64,000 nucleotides of DNA from Candidatus Micrarchaeota archaeon (GTDB lineage: Archaea > Micrarchaeota > Micrarchaeia > Micrarchaeales > CABMGC01): positions 17,993-81,992 of the forward strand of contig JAJZKQ010000001.1 of assembly GCA_021804095.1 (NCBI GenBank), in the 5' to 3' direction. Made by a program: the position numbers and the translations under genes. The notes under the pieces are model-generated. The model made no database searches. It was given only the letters and a program-made list of their open reading frames with translations, and was not told the origin of the DNA. Positions 26,684 to 35,821 of this stretch are shown one piece after another. Position 1 is the stretch's first letter. Each line of letters opens with the position of its first letter.

Positions 26684-27890
26684 TACGATTTATTGTCGCC
26701 TCTTTTTTTTCTTCCGATGCAAGAAGGTCAAACAACAGTGATGGATTCACATTCAGGTCATATTTGTTCTCTGCTAGCTTTTTTAAAAAGAGGCCTACGC
26801 CATAGTCACGTATGGATACGCTTTCAAGCATACCGTTTCTGAGCTCTTCGGCTTCTTTCGAATCTTGAGATTCTATTCCGGATTTTGTTATCTCTATTAT
26901 AGCATTTGCAGAATGCGAATCGGAGATCCCTTTTAATCCGATATCTATGTTTTTGAAGCCTTCTTTGAGTCTTCCTTCTAGAACTACCCGTATTATGGGT
27001 TTTTCTTTATTTTCAGTAGGTATTTTTAATATCTGCTCTTCGACCTTGCTTTTTATCTCTGCGGGAGCAAGATTAGCTATGTCTATCTTTAACATGACAA
27101 ACTTTCGCGAATTTATCTTTCTGAAGAAGTAGGTGTTTGTTTTTGTATCGTATATGAAGAAGCCCTTTTCCTCCTGCTCGCCCTCTTTTAGCTGTGTAAG
27201 TACAGTGCTTCCTGGTATTAAGAAATTCTTCCCGTGGCACTTCGATTCGACCTTGCTATGTATATGCCCATCTACATAAAGGTCAAAGCCTTTTGGAAGT
27301 TCCTCAAGTTTTATTATGTTCTCTCCGAAAGGAAGAAATTCATATACAGATTGATGGAAGAGGAAGAGATTGAAGGCTCCTTCAGAAGGCTGGGGCTTTA
27401 CCTGATTTATTGTTTCTTTGAATCTCTCTTCAGCGACTCCGCCTATTCCATATACAGATACAAGTTCTCCGTTCTTTTCTACTGTCACTCTTGCCTGATT
27501 GGCATTTACAAGATATCCTGCAAGATTCAATAGGTCTATAGAATCGGTCTCATCTGCAGTCCTCCTTTCATGGGTTCCGGGTATTGCGATTATAGGTACT
27601 TCAGTATAACACTTTCCCCTTCCTTCAAAACCAACTACCTTGGCCGTGAATTTCTGGGATGATATTTTTTTGAACAAGCTTACAGCCTCTACTATTACTT
27701 CGGGCTTCGGATGTCTGTAGTCGAAGATATCACCAGCTATTACTATAATGTCGGCTTCCCTGCTTGCTATTTCCATTGCTTCAGAAGCCTGCCTGAAAGC
27801 ATCTTCCCTGAATCTCTCGTAGCCTATATGAAAGTCTGAAAGTATTGCTATATTCAAATAAAGACCTTGTGAATGGCTCCTTTTCATCAA
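26655..27890 (-). CDS. mre11: Mre11/SbcD-type metallophosphoesterase nuclease
   Basis: 411 aa. Phosphoesterase motifs LSDFHIG, IAGDIFD, GTHE, LFLFHQS and DGHIHS. No rad50 is adjacent. Confidence 0.75.
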   Translation of the reverse strand: MMKRSHSQGLYLNIAILSDFHIGYERFREDAFRQASEAMEIASREADIIVIAGDIFDYRHPKPEVIVEAVSLFKKISSQKFTAKVVGFEGRGKCYTEVPIIAIPGTHERRTADETDSIDLLNLAGYLVNANQARVTVEKNGELVSVYGIGGVAEERFKETINQVKPQPSEGAFNLFLFHQSVYEFLPFGENIIKLEELPKGFDLYVDGHIHSKVESKCHGKNFLIPGSTVLTQLKEGEQEEKGFFIYDTKTNTYFFRKINSRKFVMLKIDIANLAPAEIKSKVEEQILKIPTENKEKPIIRVVLEGRLKEGFKNIDIGLKGISDSHSANAIIEITKSGIESQDSKEAEELRNGMLESVSIRDYGVGLFLKKLAENKYDLNVNPSLLFDLLASEEKKEATINRIMGLLFSSP

Positions 27891-28754
27891 TTAGATGATG
27901 AAATATATAAGGAGATTGCCGAATAGCAGTGATATTATTATGCCTATAAGCGCAAAAAATGCGAGGGGTATTCCGCTGGTATAGACGGGTATTTTCTTTT
28001 TTATAGCCTTGGTCTCATTAAGCGTTTCCTTGGTCACAAGCCTTCCGAAATGCTTTGACTTTGATGAGAAATATTTAAGATCTGCGGTTGGCATGAGGTT
28101 TGTGGCTATCATGTCTTCTTTTGATAGGTCTTTTGGATATACGTAAGAGACCATCTGCATATTGATCTCCTTTTCAAATATGACAGCTAATGAAGAAGCT
28201 GCGCCCATTGTTATGATTATGACTGCCGTAAACGCCTTAAAGCCTGCCAGATAGGAAATTAGAAATAGAAGAATAAGATACGATATAAAAAGCCCTAATC
28301 CGTGGTATATCTTTCTCCTTTTTGGCGAAGCCGATCTGAATCCTCCTTTTATAAACGATCTTCCCAGATAGTATATAGTTGTAAGGACTATTGCAGAATA
28401 CCCGGTAGATATAAGCACAGATAATATGAATGGAAGGCCGAATTGAGGGAGCTGGGAGAGAATAGGGTTAGGCTGTATTGGTAGAAGCATGCTTATAGTT
28501 GCAAATTCCATGAAGTCTCCTGCGCCCATTATCCCTTTCCTGTATATTAGATAGCCTAGGGCTATTATTAAAGTTGAGATGGTCAGACTTATCTCTATTG
28601 TCCTTAATCCATAGGTGAAGGTTATAGCCAAGCCCAATATGAAGACTCCATATACAAAAATGTCAGGTACATTTCTTTTGTTAAGTAGATCATATGCAGC
28701 ATATGCAAGTCCCACTATAAGCAATAAAGCTATCCTGTATATGAACGGAATCAT
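27891..28754 (-). CDS. A24-family prepilin/preflagellin peptidase (PibD/FlaK-like)
   Basis: 287 aa polytopic membrane protein. The two Asp motifs are AAYDLLNKR and GIMGAGDFME (GxGD type). Confidence 0.75.
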   Translation of the reverse strand: MIPFIYRIALLLIVGLAYAAYDLLNKRNVPDIFVYGVFILGLAITFTYGLRTIEISLTISTLIIALGYLIYRKGIMGAGDFMEFATISMLLPIQPNPILSQLPQFGLPFILSVLISTGYSAIVLTTIYYLGRSFIKGGFRSASPKRRKIYHGLGLFISYLILLFLISYLAGFKAFTAVIIITMGAASSLAVIFEKEINMQMVSYVYPKDLSKEDMIATNLMPTADLKYFSSKSKHFGRLVTKETLNETKAIKKKIPVYTSGIPLAFFALIGIIISLLFGNLLIYFII

Positions 28755-28996
28755 CTGATCAGGTCAGAATACTTATAGTAAATATTTATAGATATCTTTG
28801 AGTTCCTTTAAAGTTATTTTGAATAAGCAGTGAAAGTATAGACAGGGCATTCTGCAGTGATGTTGTGCATACGTTTCTGGAGATATTTTGCCCGGTGGTG
28901 GAGAATGGGATTTGTAAATTGAAAAAGTTAAACTGATTAGTTTCTATATCCAACAGAACTTTTTTAAACTTTTGTGTGGTATTCTGTCCAGATTGG

Positions 28997-30112
28997 ATGG
29001 AAAGACAGACATATGCTTATAAAAGTAGTCATGGGAATTCCATACTCGCCATATTTCTCGGAATCATAATATCATTGGTCTTCTTTCTTTTAGACTATTA
29101 TCTTACTTCTAGCTTAATCGGCAGCGCTGCGGTTTCACTTGTCGTTTTTGTCATATACTTTATGCTTGGCGTAAAGGTTTTGAAAGAATGGGACAGGGCA
29201 CCTATACTCACTTTGGGAAAGTACAAGGGGACTTATGGTCCTGGACTCTTCTTCATAATACCCATAATACAAAAAATGCCATACAGATTTGATCTTAGGA
29301 CCTTCTCGACAACATTTTCAGCTGAGAAGACCCTGACGCAGGATAATGTTGGCGTAGATGTTGAAGCTATAATGTTCGCGAAGATAGAAAACCCCGAGAA
29401 TACTGTGCTACAGGTAAATGATGTTTACCAGTCAGTTTCGCTTGCGGCGCAGACAGCGCTTAGAGATGTTATAGGAAAAGTAAGCCTGAGCCAGATGATT
29501 GTCGGGAGGAGTGAGATAGCAGATAGTGTAAAGACTCTTATCGACCAGCGAGTTACACCGTGGGGAATGAATGTCATATCGGTTGAGATAAGGGATGTGA
29601 AGATACCGGATGAATTACAGGATGCTATGGCAAAGGTAGCTATAGCTTCAAGGGAACGTGATGCCAGGGTTATTCTTGCGGAGTCGGAAAAACTTGCAGC
29701 TACCAATATGGTTGCGGCTGCGCAGACCTATCAATCCAATATTTATGCAATGCAGCTGCGTGCATTGAATATGCTTTATGAGATAGGGATAAGCGGCAAG
29801 AATCATCTTATATTCATACCCACAGAATCAAGAGGGCTCGGGATACCTACGCCGATAGGTGTGCTAGGTATAGAGAAGATGGTAGGCATAGGCAATGAAA
29901 AGGACTCGGGGTCAGAAAATCCGCATGGCGGATCTTCTTCAGGAAAAGGCAGATCTCAGACTATGCGTAATTTCCCACCTTCTATTAATAAGAATACACC
30001 CCAGGAAGTAAACAAACCAGATAAACAGGATGTAGGTGTGGCTTCGGGAGGAGGAATCAAGCTTGTGCCTGATCAGGAAGAAGAGAGAGGAAATGATACA
30101 TTTAAGATATAG
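28997..30112 (+). CDS. SPFH/band-7 (stomatin/prohibitin-like) membrane protein
   Basis: I prefer ATG 28997 to the track's GTG 28976. N-terminal TM hairpin, then an SPFH core (EWDRAPILTLGKYKGTYGPGLFFIIP...EIRDVKIP). Gly/Ser-rich tail. Confidence 0.85.
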   Translation: MERQTYAYKSSHGNSILAIFLGIIISLVFFLLDYYLTSSLIGSAAVSLVVFVIYFMLGVKVLKEWDRAPILTLGKYKGTYGPGLFFIIPIIQKMPYRFDLRTFSTTFSAEKTLTQDNVGVDVEAIMFAKIENPENTVLQVNDVYQSVSLAAQTALRDVIGKVSLSQMIVGRSEIADSVKTLIDQRVTPWGMNVISVEIRDVKIPDELQDAMAKVAIASRERDARVILAESEKLAATNMVAAAQTYQSNIYAMQLRALNMLYEIGISGKNHLIFIPTESRGLGIPTPIGVLGIEKMVGIGNEKDSGSENPHGGSSSGKGRSQTMRNFPPSINKNTPQEVNKPDKQDVGVASGGGIKLVPDQEEERGNDTFKI

Positions 30113-30130
30113 AAAATTTGATGTGATTTT

Positions 30131-30913
30131 ATGGAATACGAAGCTGTAGGAAGCTCGATGCAGATGTTGAATGTTAAGCTTGCTGGAGGAGAAAAGATAT
30201 ATGTGGATGGAAGCAAACTCGCAAGCAAGAGCGATAATGTAAAGATAGAGTCGAAACTTGGAGGAGGTACAGGATTCTTAAAAGGAGTAAGCATGATGTT
30301 TGCCGGATCTACTGCTTTTTTGCTAGAATGCAGCGCACAGGAAGATGGAATGGTATCACTTGCAGGAGTTATGCCAGGAAAGATAAAGGTAGTGGAACTT
30401 AAAGAGGGAGAATCCATCTTAGTGGAACATATGGCATTCCTTGCTACAAATGACCCTTCCAAGATAGACGTTAAAGGCTCATGGAAAGGCTTCTTTTCAG
30501 GTACGGGAGTGTTTCTAGAGAAGTTTACAGGCCCATGCACTGTGTTCCTGCATGTCTGCGGAGACATAGTAGAGTATGATCTTGCAGATGGCTCTGCTGT
30601 AGAGATTGATCCGGGACATATAGCTGCTTTTGGTGGCGATATGAGGATAGACTTCAGTGCTGTAGGAGGTTTAAAAACCGAGTTGACAGGAGGAGAAGGA
30701 TTTTGGATGGGAAAGATAACGGGTCCTGGCAATGTAATACTCCACAGTGTTTCTAGAACCAGGCTTAGGCAGAGCATAGCCCCAAGTTCAGGTAATAATT
30801 CAGGAGGAGGCGGAGCTCTTGCCGGAGGCTTGGCTGGAGCTGCTGCTGGAGGATTGATTGGAGCGCTTGGTGAAGCAGGAAAGAAAGGAGGCTTCGGAGG
30901 ATTTAAACTTTAA
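30131..30913 (+). CDS. AIM24/DUF124 (TIGR00266) family protein
   Basis: 260 aa. Characteristic segments LNVKLAGGEKIYVDGSKLASKSDNVKIE...GESILVEHMAFLA...GPGNVILHS, with a Gly-rich tail. Confidence 0.8.
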   Translation: MEYEAVGSSMQMLNVKLAGGEKIYVDGSKLASKSDNVKIESKLGGGTGFLKGVSMMFAGSTAFLLECSAQEDGMVSLAGVMPGKIKVVELKEGESILVEHMAFLATNDPSKIDVKGSWKGFFSGTGVFLEKFTGPCTVFLHVCGDIVEYDLADGSAVEIDPGHIAAFGGDMRIDFSAVGGLKTELTGGEGFWMGKITGPGNVILHSVSRTRLRQSIAPSSGNNSGGGGALAGGLAGAAAGGLIGALGEAGKKGGFGGFKL

Positions 30914-30924
30914 ACTGTTTTGAG

Positions 30925-30968
30925 CCTGTGTCTAATTATTGCCACAGGTTTATTTTTTTCTTTTTTAC
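30925..30968 (+). terminator. Hairpin plus T-tract downstream of the AIM24-like gene
   Basis: CCTGTG(30925-30930)...CACAGG(30943-30948) is followed by TTTATTTTTTTCTTTTTT. Confidence 0.4.
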
Positions 30969-31307
30969 ATGCATAGACATATTTAGAGGTCTAAAGTGCA
31001 TGGGCCTGGGTGTTGGTATATTTATGCGTAATCTCATCAGATTCCTTGAAAGATGTGAGGCATCTCTGCAGGCTGGCTGGTTTTTTTGAAGCATTAGGTA
31101 GATCCCTAACATGCAAAATTGTAGAAAAGATTTAAATATTAATCTTTTTAGATATAAGATTAGCGTGTAGAAATGCAGATGGCAACAATGCTGGGAATGT
31201 CCAAGTTTACCTATTTGCCAGTTATAGCCATAGCAATAATAAATAATACATGCAATCCTCATTCTTCTGCTGCTTGCATCGAATAAATTTCCTCGGGTGT
31301 TTTTTGA

Positions 31308-31679
31308 ATGCAAGTGGCTAAAACAATAGTTAGAACTGTTTCCGTTTCCCATCAGGATATCGAGGTAAAGGAGAAGGAGTCCGTAATACTTTATGAGATA
31401 GGACTGCAGGATATACCTACAGCGACCAGCTTTGTTGAATATCTTGCTGATCTTTATGGATGTTCTCAGAGCGGGATTTGGTATACACTCAAAAAACTCA
31501 AGGAAAAGGGATATGTTGATTTTACTGAAAGAGGGCGGGGGGAGGAATACAAACCCCTCTCATTAACTATGCGTGGGAGGGAATTTATTAGGAGGAATGT
31601 CAGTGAGCCCTATGTGAGGGCTCCTGACTTTCACCGGACAGTAGAGAGAACAGTAAGATATGAACAATCTTTCGTCTAA
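31308..31679 (+). CDS. Winged-helix transcriptional regulator (MarR/TrmB-like)
   Basis: 123 aa. Contains YLADLYGCSQSGIWYTLKKLKEKGYVDFTERGRGEEYKPLSLTMRGREF. Confidence 0.6.
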   Translation: MQVAKTIVRTVSVSHQDIEVKEKESVILYEIGLQDIPTATSFVEYLADLYGCSQSGIWYTLKKLKEKGYVDFTERGRGEEYKPLSLTMRGREFIRRNVSEPYVRAPDFHRTVERTVRYEQSFV

Positions 31680-32272
31680 GATTTCCAGTCTTTGTCTATT
31701 TTTGAAAGCACTTTATCAAGCTTAAGCTTGAGTTCCTCTTTGGTTCCTGAATTGTCTATTACATAGTCGGCCTGTTTCATTATTACCAGCACGCCGTGCT
31801 TCTCTTCCTTTTTGTCAGGCATGAAACCGCGCTTTTCGCGTGTTTCAAGCCATCTGAAATCGTCTATGGTCTTCGGGTCTTCTGGCTTAGCGCGCTTCTT
31901 GAGCCTATTGAATCTGGTCTCGAATGGGGAGCGGACTGAGATTATGTCTACCTTGTCAACCTTCTTTTTTATATAATCCAGTTCGTATGTGCTCCTTAGG
32001 CCCATCAGGACTATGTGTTTCATGCTCTTCTTAATCTTTTTGACTGCATATTTTGAGTAGATGTCTTTTCCGTATTTTTCTCTAAGCCTTGCTGTGAATT
32101 CCCTTGTGGCTTTTGGGTCATTTAGCGGTATTTTGGCTTTTTTAAGCAGTTCCCTCCATATATCCCCATATTCTATGACGTCGAATTTTTCCTCCCTGAG
32201 CATCTCCGCTATTGTGCTTTTACCTGATCCGGGAAGGCCAACTACTATCAATATCATCCTATCACTCAACAA
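31676..32272 (-). CDS. P-loop nucleotide/nucleoside kinase (UPF0200 / dephospho-CoA-kinase-like)
   Basis: 198 aa. P-loop VVGLPGSGKST, with an adenylate-kinase-like size and layout. Exact substrate unknown. Confidence 0.6.
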   Translation of the reverse strand: MLSDRMILIVVGLPGSGKSTIAEMLREEKFDVIEYGDIWRELLKKAKIPLNDPKATREFTARLREKYGKDIYSKYAVKKIKKSMKHIVLMGLRSTYELDYIKKKVDKVDIISVRSPFETRFNRLKKRAKPEDPKTIDDFRWLETREKRGFMPDKKEEKHGVLVIMKQADYVIDNSGTKEELKLKLDKVLSKIDKDWKS

Positions 32273-32293
32273 TCTGTTTTAATGTTTCATACC

Positions 32294-32623
32294 TTACCTT
32301 ACAGCACTTCCCTCTTTCAATTCCTTGTCAGGAGTCAGTAGTGCTATTCCGTTTTCATCTTCTGCTGCCAATACCATCCCGTTTGACTCCACTCCTGCTA
32401 TTGTCTTGGGTTCAAGGTTTGTTATGCATATCACTTCCTTGTTCAAAAGCTGTTCTTTGGAGTAATGTGACTTTATTCCTGCAAGAATTATGCGCATGCC
32501 GATTTCAGGACCCATGTCAACTAAGAATTTATATATGGGCTTTCGGGCTTTGTCGACGTCCTCTACCATGAGAATCCTTCCGACTCTGAATTCAAGCTTT
32601 GCGAAGTCTTCAATTTTTGCCAT
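32294..32623 (-). CDS. tRNA-binding domain protein (CsaA/Trbp111/EMAP-like)
   Basis: 109 aa. Contains FAKLEFRVGRILMVEDVDKARKPIYKFLVDMG...ICITNLEPKTIAGVESNGMVLAAED. Confidence 0.8.
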   Translation of the reverse strand: MAKIEDFAKLEFRVGRILMVEDVDKARKPIYKFLVDMGPEIGMRIILAGIKSHYSKEQLLNKEVICITNLEPKTIAGVESNGMVLAAEDENGIALLTPDKELKEGSAVR

Positions 32624-32778
32624 TATTAGAATATTGAGTAGAACTATTTATAAATGGGTTTACTTGGGTCGGATTTGGAGTATACAGATCAACAGTGTTT
32701 TTGCCTGTATGCAGAATAATCGGATTGGTTGAGAAGAGATATGTCCTCAGGCTGGTCTGCTCTTCCTTCTGCGTTCGT

Positions 32779-33396
32779 TTAAGAGTTATTTGGAGTTATC
32801 GGTACCTGTGGTTTTTGGATGGGAGAGCCTGACTGGAGTGGTGAGCCTGGAGGAGCCTGTGTTGCTATCAATTCTCCTGGACGGTATATCCTATTTTCAA
32901 GAAGCAGATTGTATACGCGGCCTGTATAAAGATCCATTATTATATGGCGCTTTTGATTTCCGAAAAGGTCTGTTTCTGCCAGCTTTCCTGGATGCATCGC
33001 CTTTGCAAGTGTCTCTAAAACAGTCAAGGATCCGGTCTGGGAGTTCTGGAGCCCTATGGCTCTTATCTCTATGTTGGGGTTTTTTATTTTTTTCCTCATT
33101 TTATATACGCTTTCCAGGTATTTTTCTGGCTGTGAAGAGGTTCTTATTGCAAGAACAGTTCTTGTGTTGACGTCGTAGAAAGATAGGAATATATCTGAGA
33201 TTATGTTTTTTGCTATTATATGGCTTCGGTCAAGGTTCCATTCTGCAATAATGGAGCTCTCCTCCTGAAGTTCATCTGAGAATTCCTTATAGCGCAGTAT
33301 TGAGGTATTCCACCGTTCGCCTGTCTTAAGCCAGAGTTGGCTGGAGCCGAATGATTTCGCGCCTTTTTTTCCAGTGTATGTCTTCCAGAAATCCAT
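32779..33396 (-). CDS. Hypothetical protein (Cys-free; weak CheD-like C-terminal pattern, see findings)
   Basis: 205 aa ORF with a Pro/Gln/Ser-rich tail. No firm family. Confidence 0.6.
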   Translation of the reverse strand: MDFWKTYTGKKGAKSFGSSQLWLKTGERWNTSILRYKEFSDELQEESSIIAEWNLDRSHIIAKNIISDIFLSFYDVNTRTVLAIRTSSQPEKYLESVYKMRKKIKNPNIEIRAIGLQNSQTGSLTVLETLAKAMHPGKLAETDLFGNQKRHIIMDLYTGRVYNLLLENRIYRPGELIATQAPPGSPLQSGSPIQKPQVPITPNNS

Positions 33397-33470
33397 ATGT
33401 CTTTCAAGAGTCGCAAATATTTATATATATTGTCAGGTAAAGTATATTCTACCCTTATTCCGGTTTTTGA

Positions 33471-34037
33471 ATGAAATTGACCATATTAGATGATTCACCA
33501 GGCGTGTTGAGGTTCAGGATAGATGAAACCAGTGTTAATTTTGTAAATGCGATAAGGAGAATAGCAACCAACAGCATAAAATCCATTGCAATAGACTCGA
33601 TAACGTTCTATGAAAATTCCAGTGCCATATTTGATGAATATATAGCGCACAGGATTGGGCTTGTTCCAATACTTACACCTGAAGGCTTTGGTGAGAAGGA
33701 TGAGGTAATTTTCAAGCTTGATGCTGAAGGCCCCGGCACAATCTATTCTGAAAAGCTTGAAAGCAATGACAAATCAGTCAAAGTTGCAAATGGAAAGATA
33801 CCGATAATTAAGCTTGCTGGAGGGCAGAAATTAAGATTGGAAGGAAAGGCCATAATGGGCTCGGGATCTTCTAGCGCAAAGTTCCAGCCTGGCCTCGTAA
33901 CATACAAGCAGCTGACCGATAGCTCCTTTGAGTTTTATATTGAATCTTTCGGGCAGATGCCTGCTCTGGAGATAATAGAGAAGACGCTAAGTATAATAAC
34001 CAACAATATCAAAGAGGTACACAAAGAACTTAAGTGA
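33471..34037 (+). CDS. rpoD: DNA-directed RNA polymerase subunit D (short form)
   Basis: 188 aa. FVNAIRRIATNSIKSIAIDSITFYENSSAIFDEYIAHRIGLVPI. It heads the conserved rpoD-L18e-L13-S9-rpoN cluster. Confidence 0.8.
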   Translation: MKLTILDDSPGVLRFRIDETSVNFVNAIRRIATNSIKSIAIDSITFYENSSAIFDEYIAHRIGLVPILTPEGFGEKDEVIFKLDAEGPGTIYSEKLESNDKSVKVANGKIPIIKLAGGQKLRLEGKAIMGSGSSSAKFQPGLVTYKQLTDSSFEFYIESFGQMPALEIIEKTLSIITNNIKEVHKELK

Positions 34038-34041
34038 AGAC

Positions 34042-34128
34042 GCGGGGGTGGCAGAGCCTGGTCAAATGCGCTGGCTTGAGGGGTCAGTAGCTTTAGTGCT
34101 TGCGCGAGTTCGAATCTCGTCCCCCGCA
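34042..34128 (+). tRNA. tRNA-Leu (anticodon GAG), long variable arm
   Basis: Acceptor GCGGGGG/CCCCCGC, anticodon arm CUGGC-UUGAGGG-GUCAG, T arm GCGAG-UUCGAAU-CUCGU, with about a 17-nt variable arm. No intron. Confidence 0.85.
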
Positions 34129-34158
34129 TAGAAAGAGATATTTATTTCAGATGAGAAA

Positions 34159-34497
34159 ATGGAAAAGAACAGTATAAAGAGATTGATAGAGAATCTTGAA
34201 AAGATAGACAAGAAGGCGAAGAACGCCAAGCTTGCCTTGAAGGTAATTAAGATAGCTGGGCTTCCTAGGAGAAGGCGGATATCGATAAACCTGGAGGAGC
34301 TTAATGAGCTGGCAAAGCCTGGAGAGAATATAATAGTTCCTGGAAAAGTTTTAGGCACAGGGAATGTAGATAAAGCATTTGGTATAGCAGCTATTGAGCT
34401 TTCTGGAAGCTCTGAGAAAAAGCTCAAGGAGGCAGGGTGTACCCTTATAAGCATAGAAGAAATGCTTAAGAAGGAGAATGCTAGACTTTTAGTCTGA
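34159..34497 (+). CDS. rpl18e: Ribosomal protein L18e
   Basis: 112 aa. Its position between rpoD and rpl13 fits, and it contains PRRRRISINLEELNELAKPGENIIVPGKVLGTG. Confidence 0.85.
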   Translation: MEKNSIKRLIENLEKIDKKAKNAKLALKVIKIAGLPRRRRISINLEELNELAKPGENIIVPGKVLGTGNVDKAFGIAAIELSGSSEKKLKEAGCTLISIEEMLKKENARLLV

Positions 34498-34508
34498 AAG
34501 GTGAAGAA

Positions 34509-34946
34509 ATGAAATACTTGATAGATGGAGAAGATGCAATACTTGGGAGAGTAGGAAGTAAGGTAGCCAAGCTCCTGATAGAGGGTAATGAAGTGGCTCT
34601 TATAAATGCGGAAAGGATAAGGATAACAGGACATATACCTGACCTTGCCATGAAATATAAGAGATTGATAGAGTTGAAAGACAGAGCCAATCCTGAACAT
34701 TCCCCTTTTTACTCTAGAAGGCCTGACCTCTTTGTAAAGAGAAGCATAAGAGGGATGCTGCCATACAAGCAGCCTAAGGGAAAGGAAGCATACAAGCTTC
34801 TTAAAGTCTATATGGGAGATGCGAAAGATATAAAAGAGGCAAAAACATATACTATAAAGGATGTCAAAGCCAAGAAAGCCGGAGACGCTTTTGAGAACTC
34901 GGTTTCAGTTCTTGAGCTGGTTGAGAAATTAGGATATAAGAAATGA
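34509..34946 (+). CDS. rpl13: Ribosomal protein L13
   Basis: 145 aa. IDGEDAILGRVGSKVAKLL...RSIRGMLP. Confidence 0.9.
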   Translation: MKYLIDGEDAILGRVGSKVAKLLIEGNEVALINAERIRITGHIPDLAMKYKRLIELKDRANPEHSPFYSRRPDLFVKRSIRGMLPYKQPKGKEAYKLLKVYMGDAKDIKEAKTYTIKDVKAKKAGDAFENSVSVLELVEKLGYKK

Positions 34947-35515
34947 TTAATATGGCAGAGCAGACGCAAAATAAGAAAGGGACTGCAGATTTGGAAAAGG
35001 AGATAAGTGAGTTCAACGAGAGCTATGCCAAATCATCCAAAAAGGCAAAGCCTGCGCAGAGGAGAACAGCTCCGGCAGCGCAGAAGAAGACACAGAGAAA
35101 GTCCAAGAAGGAAACCATAGTATCGAGAGGAAAGAGGAAGAGGGCGATTGCCAGGGCAAGCATGAGTAGCGGCAGTGGCAGAATCACAGTCAACGGAGTA
35201 AGTGCTGAGCTCATAAAACCAAAGGAGATAAGAGACCTTATACTTGAGCCTATAATCATTTCGAAGAAAGTGAGCAGCCTTATGAAGAATTATGACGTAA
35301 AAATTAATGTTTATGGTGGAGGAATTATGGGACAGGCGCAGGCTTCAAGGACCGCTCTCGCAAACGCAATAGTAGAGACAACCCATGATGAAGGACTAAG
35401 CAAAGCCTACATGATATACGACAGAAGCATACTTGTGGAAGACCATAGAAGAGTTGAGCCTAAGAAATTTGGAGGACCTAAGGCTCGTGCAAGAAACCAG
35501 ACCTCATACAGATGA
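34943..35515 (+). CDS. rps9: Ribosomal protein S9 with Lys-rich N-terminal extension
   Basis: 190 aa. The core begins at IVSRGKRKRAIARAS and ends KFGGPKARARNQTSYR. About 55 extra N-terminal residues. Confidence 0.9.
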   Translation: MINMAEQTQNKKGTADLEKEISEFNESYAKSSKKAKPAQRRTAPAAQKKTQRKSKKETIVSRGKRKRAIARASMSSGSGRITVNGVSAELIKPKEIRDLILEPIIISKKVSSLMKNYDVKINVYGGGIMGQAQASRTALANAIVETTHDEGLSKAYMIYDRSILVEDHRRVEPKKFGGPKARARNQTSYR

Positions 35516-35524
35516 TGTGATAGA

Positions 35525-35725
35525 ATGATGATACCAGTAAGATGTTTCTCATGCGGTCAGGTAATAGCTGACAAGTGGGAGGAGTACGACAGAAGAGTGA
35601 ATAAAGGAAAGGAAGATCCCAAAAAAGTCATCGCAGACCTTGGCATAAAGAGATACTGCTGCAGCAGAATGCTCATAGGAAACATCGAGCTTATTGATGA
35701 GATAATAAACTACGGAAGGAAGTAA
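35525..35725 (+). CDS. rpoN: DNA-directed RNA polymerase subunit N (RPB10)
   Basis: 66 aa. [13 protein letters not shown]...YCCSRML zinc motif. Confidence 0.9.
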   Translation: MMIPVRCFSCGQVIADKWEEYDRRVNKGKEDPKKVIADLGIKRYCCSRMLIGNIELIDEIINYGRK

Positions 35726-35821
35726 TGCTTTGGATAATGCTGTGCCAGGTTATAATTTTAGGCGGTATGGAGCGGCATATAGGAAAGTATATATAAGGAT
35801 AAAGACAAATGTTTTAAGCGC

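Noticed and set aside
30936-31352. 138-aa minus-strand ORF in the spacer after the AIM24-like gene
   Set aside because: It has an implausible Cys/His/Tyr-rich composition and no motif. It overlaps the start of the wHTH regulator gene and the terminator hairpin.
33471-34037. RpoD only 188 aa, lacking the Fe-S (domain 3) insertion, as a possible anomaly
   Set aside because: From memory, domain-3-less or cluster-less D subunits occur in several archaeal lineages. The sequence shows no truncation or frameshift and ends cleanly before tRNA-Leu.
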